From NCBI RefSeq assembly GCF_964355755.1, contig NC_092673.1, forward strand, positions 14,914,948 to 14,978,947: 64,000 nucleotides of DNA, read 5' to 3'. Source of the DNA: Antedon mediterranea. Taxonomy: Eukaryota > Animalia > Echinodermata. The notes beneath the pieces are model-generated. The model made no database searches, was not told the DNA's origin, and was given only the letters and a program-made list of their open reading frames with translations. The position numbers and the translations under genes are program-made. Positions 26,686 to 37,300 of the stretch are shown here, piece after piece (the stretch's first letter is position 1; every line of letters starts with the position of its first letter).

Positions 26686-27075
26686 TGATGATGATTTCGT
26701 ACAATCACAAGAGGTTATCCTGCAACTTCGTTGCGGATAACCAAGAATAAAAAGTTGATGATGATGATGATGATGATTTCGTACAATCACAAGAGGTTAT
26801 CCTGCAACTTCGTTGCGGATAACCAAAAATAGCTACTGGATTTGTGTAATTGTATAGATGGGGAACTAGCTCAGATGGTAGAGCGGTCGGTTTGCATGTG
26901 AGAGGTACCGGGATCAATGCCGGGGTTCTCCAATAATGTTGGTTAAAGTTTATTACCGGTACTGTTACATTTTTTTGATGAGATTTTTAACTACTAAATA
27001 TATTTTATCGCTACAATACTGGTGACAATATGAACAGTAACAAAATAGCTACTGGATTCGTGTAATTGTATAGAT

Positions 27076-27148
27076 GGGGAACTAGCTCAGATGGTAGAGC
27101 GCTCGCTTAGCATGTGAGAGGTACCGGGATCAATGCCCGGGTTCTCCA
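27076..27148 (+). tRNA. tRNA-Ala(AGC), representative intact copy
   Basis: Same body as 14-86; anticodon loop TTAGCAT. Confidence 0.9.
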
Positions 27149-27929
27149 ATAATGTTGGTTAAAGTTTATTTCCGGTACTGTAAAAATTTTTGAGATTTTA
27201 AACTACTGTATATATTTTATCGCATCAATACTGGTGACAATATGAAGATTAATAAAATATCTACTGGTTTCGTGCAATTGTATATATTGGGAACTAGCTC
27301 AGATGGTAGAGCGCTCGCTTCACATTTGAGAGGTACGGGATAAATGCCCGGGTTCTCCAGTAATGTTGGTTAAAGTTTATTATCGTTACCGTTACATTTT
27401 TTTGATGAGATTTTTAACTAATGTATATAATTCATCGTAATAATACTGGTAACAATATTAACAGTAACAAAATAGCTACTGGATTCGTGTAATTGTATAG
27501 ATGGGGAACTAGCTCAGATGGTAGAGCGCTCGCTTTGCATGTGAGAGGTACCGGGATCAATGCCCGGGTTCTCCAATAATGTTGGTTAAAGTTTATTTCC
27601 GGTAATGTTACATTTTTGCCTGAGATTTTTAACTACTATATATATTTTATCGCAACAATACTGGTGAAAATATGAACAGTAATAAAATAGTTACTGGTTT
27701 CTTGTAATTCTACATACGGGGAACTAGCTCAGACGGTAGAGCGTTCGCTTAGCATATGAGAGGTACCGTGATCAATGCCCGGGTTCTCCAATAACGTTGG
27801 TTAAAGTTTATTTCCGGTACTGTTACATTTTTTGAGATTTTAAACTACTGTATATATTTCATCGCAACAATACTGGTGACAATATGAACAGCAACAAAAT
27901 AGCTACTGGATTCGTGTAATTGTATAGAT

Positions 27930-28002
27930 GGGGAACTAGCTCAGATGGTAGAGCGCTCGCTTCGCATGTGAGAGGTACCGGGATCAATGCCCGGGTTCTC
28001 CA
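27930..28002 (+). tRNA. tRNA-Ala(CGC), representative intact copy
   Basis: Same body; anticodon loop TTCGCAT, all stems paired. Confidence 0.85.
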
Positions 28003-28359
28003 ATATGTTGGTTAAAGTTTATTATCGGTACCGTTACATTTTTTTGATGAGATTTTTAAATAATGTATATATTTCATCGTAATAATACTGGTGACAATAT
28101 GAACAGTAATAAAATAGGTGCTGGTTTCTTGTAATTCTACATACGGGGAACTAGCTCAGATGGTAGAGCGCTCGCTTAGCATGTGAGAGGTACCAGGATC
28201 AATGCCCGTGTTCTCCAATAATGTTGGTTAAAGTTTATTTCCGGTATTGTTACATTTTTTTGATGAGATTTTTAACTACTAAATATATTTTATCGCAAAA
28301 ATACTGGTGACAATATGAACAGTAACAAAATAGCTACTGGATTCGTGTAATTGTATAGA

Positions 28360-29692
28360 CTAGAGGGTGAGCTCGCTTCGCTCGCTCTCCCTCTAGGAAG
28401 AGTAGACGATGGTTCTCGGAATGATAATGTTCTCCTTATACATTTTCTGTCGGTTACCATTATTGAAAATGCTTGACATTCGTAAAACTAAACTACTTTG
28501 TTTCACAGTGTTTTAGATGATTAATAACATTTTAAAGTATAGTTTTTATTGTTTGGTAGGGCCCTTTGGGGAGGCGGAGGTCATTTGAGGGAGGTGCTTA
28601 TTCGAGGGATATATGTTAAATGTTTTAGTTCTAATAATATGGTAACATTTATAATCAAATGAAATCCTCTCATAGATATGAAAAGTGGTAAAAAAGAATA
28701 ACAAATGCTTGGTAAATTGCAGATAACAGTGCGGTGAATTCTACTACAAATAGTATAATTGTGTTATTATAAATATGTGGATGGACGTTTATTAGATAGT
28801 TGGGTTGTGGGGGTGGGGGGGGGGGGGGGTTATTATTCAAAGTGATGTTTTATTGGAGAGGCGTTTATTCAAATGAATACCATCCTAATAATTATTAATA
28901 CATTATTTAATTTAATCATCTTTTGAAACTAACTGCCGTGACAGAGTGGGCCCAAGAAAGAAGACATTACGGCTTGCAACATGGGCAGACATCTCGGTCC
29001 TAACGGGACACAGGAAGATAGCCTACAGTTATTCCTGCAAGCTTACTCAATAAAACAACTCAGCTATCGGGATTTCACTCGAAAAATGTCTTATCAAATC
29101 TCCCTATGTAATTTTATAATACTATTCCCCACAATATATTCTGATTCTTTATGGCGTATATTTAATTTGATCTTTATTAATTTGCAGTATAATTCCTATT
29201 ATTTAACTACTGTACCTTCACACACGTGTGGTATGTTTTAAAATAAACAAAAAACTGAAATGGCTATGATTAATGGCCAATTTTTTTTTCGTCTTCCAAA
29301 GGGACACTGTATTGATTGATGGAAAGTGCCTGTTTCCAGTCACCTTTAGGGTCAAATCTAGTATTTTAACTGCTCCCTTGTGTATAAAAGAGAGAAAATA
29401 TTTGAAACTAAGGTGAACTTATCTTAAACCCGGAAATTACTTTGACCGGGAAGAATTGAAATTGAGAGGAAAATCCAATGTTGAAATCATAAATGTTGTT
29501 AAAAAACTCTTTATAACATCTTCCTAAGATATAAATATGGACCAATAGCGTCGGCGTGCACACTAATGTTATCAAATCTACGTTTCGCGGTACATCTCGG
29601 ATAGATAAGGTAGGTATCCAAGGCGGAGATTTGTACCGAAGTTTTTGCATTGTGCTCGCCTATGTCAGAATTAACCATAACTTACATATAGA
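28360..29692 (-). mobile_element. Non-autonomous canonical Helitron 1 (~1.33 kb)
   Basis: Minus strand 5'-TCTATATG...CTAG-3'; inserted between A and T without TSD (ttgtataga|tgtggaac); terminal hairpin CTAGAGGG-A-GAGCGAGCGAAGCGAGCTC-A-CCCTCTAG. Confidence 0.85.
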
Positions 29693-31825
29693 TGTGGAAC
29701 TAGCTCAGATGGTAGAGCTCTCGCTTAGCATGTGAGAGGTATCGGGATCAATGCCCGGGTTCTCCAATAATGTTGGTAAAAGTTTATTATCGGTACCGTT
29801 ACATTTTTTTGATGAGATTTTTAACTACTAAATATATTTTATCGCATCAATACCGGTGACAATATGAAGATTAATAAAATATCTACTGGTTTCGTGTAAT
29901 TGTATAGATGGGGAACTAGCTCAGATGGTAGAGCGCTCGCTTAGCATGTGAGAGGTACCGGGATCAATGCCCGGGTTCTCCAATAATGTTGGTTAAAGTT
30001 TATTTCCGGTACTGTAAAATTTTTTGAGATTTTAAACTACTGTATATATTTTATCGCATCAATACTGGTGACAATATGAAGATTAATAAAATATCTACTG
30101 GTTTCGTGCAATTGTATATATTGGGAACTAGCTCAGATGGTAGAGCGCTCGCTTCGCATTTGAGAGGTACCGGGATAAATGCCCGGGTTCTCCAGTTATG
30201 TTGGTTAAAGTTTATTATCGTTACCGTTACATTTTTTTGATGAGATTTTTAAATAATGTATATATTTCATCGTAATAATACTGGTGACAATATGAACAGT
30301 AACAAAATAGCTACAGGATTCGTGTAATTGTATAGATGGGGAACTAGCTCAGATGGTAGAGCGCTCGCTTTGCATGTGAGAGGTACCGGGATCAATGCCC
30401 GGGTTCTCCAATAATGTTGGTTAAAGTTTATTTCCGGTACTGTAAAATTTTTTGAGATTTTAAACTACTGTATATATTTTATCGCATCAATACTGGTGAC
30501 AATAATCAAGATTAATAAAATATCTACTGGTTTCGTGCAATTGTATATATTGGGAAGTAGCTCAGATGGTAGAGCGCTCGCTTCGCATTTGAGAGGTACC
30601 GGGATAAATGCCCTGGTTCTCCAGTAATGTTGGTTAAAGTTTATTATCGTTACCGTTACATTTTTTTGATGAGATTTTTAACTAATGTATTTATTTCATC
30701 GTAATAATACTGGTGACAATATGAACAGTAACAAAATAGCTACTGGATTCGTGTAATTGTATAGATGGGGAACTAGCTCAGATGGTAGAGCGCTCGCTTT
30801 GCATGTGAGAGGTACCGGGATCAATGCCCGGGTTCTCCAATAATGTTGGTTAAAGTTTATTACCGGTACTGTTACATTTTTTTTATGAGATTTTTAACTA
30901 CTATATATATTTTATCGCAACAATACTGGTGACAATATGAAAAATAACAAAATAGCTACTGGATTCGTGTAATTGTATAGATGGGGAACTAGCTCAGATG
31001 GTAGAGCGCTCGCTTAGCATGTGAGATGTACCGGGTTCTCCAATAATGTTGGTTAAAGTTTATTTCCGGTACTGTCAAATTTTTTGAGATTTTAAACTAC
31101 TGTATATATTTTATCGCATCAATACTGGTGACAATATGAAGATTAATAAAATATCTACTGGTTTCGTGCAATTGTATATATGGGGAACTAGCTCAGATGG
31201 TAGAGCGCTCGCTTTGCATGTGAGAGGTACCGGGATCAATGCCCGGGTTCTCCAATAATGTTGGTTAAAGTTTATTACCGGTATTGTTACATTTTTTTGC
31301 TGAGATTTTTAACTAATGTATATATTTCATTGTAATAATACTGGTTACAATATGAACAGTAACAAAATAGCTACTGGATTCGTGTAATTGTATAGATGGG
31401 GAACTATCTCAGATGGTAGAGCGCTCGCTTTGCATGTGAGAGGTACCGGGATCAATGCCGGGGTTCTCCAATAATGTTGGTTAAAGTTTATTACCGGTAC
31501 TGTTACATTTTTTTGATGAGATTTTTAACTACTAAATATATTTTATCGCAACAATACTGGTGACTATATGAACAGTAACAAAATAGCTACTGGATTCGTG
31601 TAATTGTATAGATGGGGAACTAGCTCAGATGGTAGAGCGCTCGCTTAGCATGTGAGAGGTACCGGGATCAACGCCCGGGTTCTCCAATAATGTTGGTTAA
31701 AGTTTATTTCCGGTACTGTAAAATTTTTTGAGATTTTAAACTACTGTATATATTTTATCGCATCAATACTGGTGACAATAATGAAGATTAATAAAATATC
31801 TACTGGTTTCGTGCAATTGTATATA
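29693..31825 (+). repeat. tRNA-Ala tandem array segment (~10 units)
   Basis: Repeating ~215-bp unit with tRNA-Ala. Confidence 0.95.
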
Positions 31826-34387
31826 CTAGATGGCACGCTCGCTTCGCTCGCGTACCATCTAGGGGTGCTCACAGATGGTTCTCGAATACAGTAGAATCCA
31901 CGGACGGGGACTTTTTTGGGACACTAAACAAAAACGGAAGTGTCCCCCTCTAATTGGGGTATTCAGAAATAGAGACAACAAAACCAATACTGGATTCCAT
32001 AAAGGACAATTAATTTATGTGGATTAAAGAAATTAGGGAGAAATGGAAATGTATGTACGGGAATTGGGCGGCACGTGGTGGTGGTGATGGAACCGCAGTA
32101 ATAAAGTTGATTGTATTTATATATTATAAGAACCAAACTAAATAAATAGACCTAGACATTCTGCGAAATGGAAATCGGAAATTCAAGCTCCTATTCAGTG
32201 AAAAATTAAACTGTAGTCTACCTAAATATTTAGGGCAAATCATCGGTTGTGGTGTTGAACTTCCTGTAAACATTTGTGTGAACCAAACTGGGTCGAATTT
32301 CTGTCATGAGTACTGATTTGTTGGCCTGTGATTTATGACGCCTAAGGGATCTATCTAGACTTATTTTTTAGAATAATGTACGTACCTGTCAGATACAATT
32401 GTCTTGTGTCGTATAATAAATAAGTACTGTAATATTTACTGAAGTTACTATTACAATCTCGTCAATGAAAACACGAAAATGTATATGCACTTACTTATGA
32501 AAACGTATACAGTATTATACTCAGTTATTGAAACAGTAGGTTTAAAAAAGTTTCGTTTGTCTGTAAAATGATGTAATCAAGCTGTTTACATGAGTCTTAA
32601 TTTATAAGCACATCAATAATAAAATAGTTTATCTATCCTGTAATTGGCGAGATTATGGTCGCTGTTGAATGAAATAAAGCCAATCGGTATCATATTTGTA
32701 CAGAAACGTTTTCGCGGCCGAAGGGTGTAACCTAAATTCGTTGTATTATCAAGAACTAACTGTAACTAAACTTACATAGAAAGTAGGGTATCATAAATTT
32801 GGCCTTAGCACTCGGGGGAGTGGCTAAGATGAAGTCCGTGGGACTACTAAATATAAATTGTAATGAACCTCGAGGGACATAAATAGGAATATTTCATGTT
32901 TCATTATCAATGTATAATAAATGGAAACTGTTTACCGATTCAAATAATAGAAATTGGTTTTTAACATTTTCCGAACCTATTGCAAGTTTATTCTCAAAGG
33001 GCCCATATTTTTACCTACCGTATGTGTTAAACCAAGGGCTCATAAATTTACCTACAGTACTTGTGTTAAACCAAACTCTGGCAGACTGAGAGATTGGGAT
33101 GTTCCATTCATCGCAAATCAATACATTTGTATAATCGTATATTAAATCTATCAAAATAGTATTTTTTAAAGAAAATCGGCCTGTCTTCAACATTATGATG
33201 GTGTACTCTAGCAATCTATCAAAATAGTATTTTTTAAAGAAAATCGGCCTGTCTTCAACATTATGATGGTGTACTCTAGCTGTTCAACCGGTTTTCAGCT
33301 ATTAAAAACAATTATCGTAGGAGGAGATAGGAAAATGCGAAGCCTCCTCGCTATGTAACATTAGGGTTGAGGGATGGGAAAGCGGATAGGTACAAAGAGG
33401 AACAATTTTTAAATATATTCTTTATCCACTGAGTAACGAAATATTTTGTTCATGTTTTATAGGCCTATAAATAATATACCTCTAAATACAGTAGGCCTAA
33501 AACATTTGCGATTTAATACTTTGTTAAAACTGTCACTGTCATAATCGATTGAAATATTAAAGTACATGTCACGATACACCACTACGACGTTTATATTTTT
33601 GGTAATTATTAATTAATACAAACGTTGAGAAGGAAATGTCAGTATAAAGTTTATTTGTATATCTAACAGTAGAGCCTATCCACAGTCTCAGTAATAACGT
33701 TTATTTGAATATATTTTTATATTACATCTAACAGTACGAACATTCACAGTAAGAAATGTTCGATTCAAATGAAAAATAGTTAATAGGTATTTACAGTATT
33801 GTCAAAGTATTGCAAGTTTATTCTCAAAGGGCCCATATATTTACCTACCGTATGTGTTAAACCAAGGGCTCATAAATTTACCTACAGTACTTGTGTTAAA
33901 CCAAACTCTGGCAGACTGAGAGATTGGGATGTTCCATTCATCGCAAATCAATACATTTGTATAATCGTATATTAAATCTATCAAAATAGTATTTTTTAAA
34001 GAAAATCGGCCTGTCTTCAACATTATGATAGTGTACTCTAGCTGTTCAACCGGTTTTCAGCTATTAAAAACAATTATCGTAGGAGGAGATAGAAAAATGC
34101 GAAGCCGCCTCGCATTTTTTTGGCGGGTATTTTTCAAGATGGACATCCATTAGACAGTGTATTCCACGATCGGAAAACACCCCTATTTGGGGCAAATCGT
34201 TGAACCTAAATTCGTTTTAATCGTCAATAACTAATTATCTAACTCAATTTAATTAGTAAACAGGGTTACATCAGGCGGTTAAAATCAGTACCGAAAGTAC
34301 GAACCAACTTTATATACCATCGAGTGAAAATTCTAGAAGTAAGGCGCGATTTACCGAATTTTGCCCTTACGTAAATTTATATATAGA
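31826..34387 (-). mobile_element. Non-autonomous canonical Helitron 2 (~2.56 kb)
   Basis: Minus strand 5'-TCTATAT...CTAG-3'; inserted ttgtatata|tggggaac with no TSD; terminal hairpin CTAGATGGTACGCGAGCGAAGCGAGCGTGCCATCTAG. Confidence 0.85.
32978..34113. repeat. ~305-bp near-identical direct repeat inside Helitron 2 (32978-33351 and 33808-34113); the first copy has an extra ~68-bp tandem duplication
   Basis: tattgcaagtttattctcaaagggcccatat...aaaatgcgaagcc occurs twice. Confidence 0.9.
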
Positions 34388-37300
34388 TGGGGAACTAGCT
34401 CAGATGGTAGAGCGCTCGCTTTGCATGTGAGAGGTACCGGGATCAATGCCCGGGTTCTCCAATAATGTTGGTTAAAGTTTATTTCCGGTACTGTAAAATT
34501 TTTTGAGATTTTAAACTACTGTATATATTTTATCGCGTCAATACTGGTGACAATAATCAAGATTAATAAAATATCTACTGGTTTCGTGCAATTGTATATA
34601 TTGGGAAGTAGCTCAGATGGTAGAGCGCTCGCTTCGCATTTGAGAGGTACCGGGATAAATGCCCTGGTTCTCCAGTAATGTTGGTTAAAGTTTATTATCG
34701 TTACCGTTACATTTTTTTGATGAGATTTTTAACTAATGTATTTATTTCATCGTAATAATACTGGTGACAATATGAACAGTAACAAAATAGCTACTGGATT
34801 CGTGTAATTGTATAGATGGGGAACTAGCTCAGAAGGTAGAGCGCTCGCTTTGCATGTGAGAGGTACCGGGATCAATGCCCGGGTTCTCCAATAATGTTGG
34901 TTAAAGTTTATTTTCGGTAATGTTACATTTTTGCCTGAGATTTTTAACTACTATATATATTTTATCGCTACAATACTGGTGAAAATATGAACAGTAATAA
35001 TAGTTACTGGTTTCTTGTAATTCTACATACGGGGAACTAGCTCAGACGGTAGAGCGTTCGCTTAGCATATGAGAGGTACCGTGATCATGAATGCCCGGGT
35101 TCCCCAATAACGTTGGTTAAAGTTTATTTCCGTTACTGTTACATTTTTTGAGATTTTTAACTACTGTATATATTTCATCGCAACAATACTGGTGACAATA
35201 TGAACAGTAACAAATAGCTACTGGATTCGTGTAATTGTATAGATGGGGAACTAGCTCAGATGGTAGAGCGCTCGCTTAGCATGTGAGAGGTACCGGGATC
35301 AATGCCCGGGTTCTCCAATAATGTTGGTTAAAGTTTATTTTCGGTACTTTCAAATTTTTTGAGATTTTAAACTACTGTATATATTTTATCGCATCAATAC
35401 TGGTGACAATATGAAGATTAATAAAATATCTACTGGTTTCGTGCAATTGTATATATTGGGAACTAGCTCAGATGGTAGAGCGCTCACTTCGCATTTGAGA
35501 GGTACCGGGATAAATGCCCGGGTTCTCCAATAATGTTGGTTAAAGTTTATTATCGTTACCGTTACATTTTTTTGATGAGATTTTTAACTAATGTATATAT
35601 TTCATCGTAATAATACTGGTGACAATATGAACAGTAACAAAATAGCTACAGTATTCGTGTAATTGTATAGATGGGGAACTAGCTCAGATGGTAGAGCGCT
35701 CGCTTTGCATGTGAGAGGTACCGGGATCAATGCCCGGGTTCTCCAATAATGTTGGTTAAAATTTATTACCGGTACTGTTACATTTTTTTGATGAGATTTT
35801 TAAATAATGTATATATTTCATCGTAATAATACTGGTGACAATATGAACAGTAACAAAATAGCTACTGGATTCGTGTAATTGTATAGATGGGGAACTAGCT
35901 CAGATGGTAGAGCGCTCGCTTAGCATGTTAGAGGTACCGGGATCAATGCCCGCGTTCTTCAATAATGTTGGTAAAAGTTTATTTTCGGTACTGTCAAATT
36001 TTTTGAGATTTTAAACTACTGTATATATTTTATCGCATCAATACTGGTGACAATATGAAGATTAATAAAATATCTACTGGTTTCGTGCAATTGTATATAT
36101 TGGGAACTAGCTCAGATGGTAGAGCGCTCACTTCGCATTTGAGAGGTACCGGGATAAATGCCCGGGTTCTCCAATAATGTTGGTTAAAGTTTATTATCGT
36201 TACCGTTACATTTTTTTGATGAGATTTTTAACTAATGTATATATTTCATCGTAATAATACTGGTGACAATATGAACAGTAACAAAATAGCTACAGGATTC
36301 GTGTAATTGTATAGATGGGGAACTAGCTCAGATGGTAGAGCGCTCGCTTAGCATGTGAGATGTACCGGGTTCTCCAATAATGTTGGTTAAAGTTTATTTC
36401 CGGTACTGTAAAATTTTTTGAGATTTTAAACTACCGTATATATTTTATCGCATCAATACTGGTGACAATAATGAAGATTAATAAAATATCTACTGGTTTC
36501 GTGCAATTGTATATATTGGGAAGTAGCTCAGATGGTGGAGCGCTCGCTTCGCATTTGAGAGGTACCGGGATCAATGCCCGGGTTCTCCAGTAATGTTGGT
36601 TAAAGTTTATTATCGTTACCGTTACATTTTTTTGATGAGATTTTTAACTAATGTATTTATTTCATCGTAATAATACTGGTGACAATATGAACAGTAACAA
36701 AATAGCTACTGGATTCGTGTAATTGTATAGATGGGGAACTAGCTCAGATGGTAGAGCGCTCGCTTTGCATGTGAGAGGTACCGGGATCAATGCCCGGGTT
36801 CTCCAATAATGTTGGTTAAAGTTTATTTCCGGTACTGTAAAATTTTTTGAGATTTTAAACTACTGTATATATTTTATCGCATCAATACTGGTGACAATAA
36901 TCAAGATTAATAAAATATCTACTGGTTTCGTGCAATTGTATATATTGGGTAGTAGCTCAGATGGTAGAGCGCTCGCTTCGCATTTGAGAGGTACCGGGAT
37001 AAATGCCCTGGTTCTCCAGTAATGTTGGTTAAAGTTTATTATCGTTACCGTTACATTTTTTTGATGAGATTTTTAACTAATGTATTTATTTCATCGTAAT
37101 AATACTGGTGACAATATTAACAGTAACAAAATAGCTACTGGATTCGTGTAATTGTATAGATGGGGAACTAGCTCAGAAGGTAGAGCGCTCGCTTTGCATG
37201 TGAGAGGTACGGGATCAATGCCCGGGTTCTCCAATAATGTTGGTTAAAGTTTATTTTCGGTAATGTTACATTTTTGCCTGAGATTTTTAACTACTATATA

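Larger units (their letters stand above)
197..26826 (-). mobile_element. Nested cluster of non-autonomous Helentron/HINE-like (Helitron2-type) elements inserted at one site in a tRNA-Ala spacer, 33 nt upstream of the next tRNA
   Basis: Flanks ...aacagtaaca | aaatagctactgg rejoin to the normal spacer with no TSD. Minus-strand element: 5' TTGGTTATCCGC subTIR inside a hairpin (GGTTATCC-GCAAC-GAA-GTTGC-A-GGATAACC), then (ATC)n; 3' GCGGATAACCAA subTIR, hairpin AACTCGTCA-AAG-TGACGAGTT, ACATGT-CTAG terminus. Confidence 0.85.
26827..28359 (+). repeat. tRNA-Ala tandem array segment (7 units of ~215 bp)
   Basis: tRNA starts at about 26860, 27076, 27288, 27503, 27718, 27930, 28145. Confidence 0.95.

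Noticed and set aside
197-26826. Simple head-to-tail satellite or rolling-circle concatemer
   Set aside because: Most junctions are internal, at variable positions, with complementary ends found downstream
28802-28828. G-run / potential G-quadruplex
   Set aside because: Single homopolymer tract in a Helitron body with no supporting context
32954-34023. Duplicated 60-67 aa ORFs in Helitron 2 as a captured gene
   Set aside because: No recognisable motif; duplication reflects the internal direct repeat
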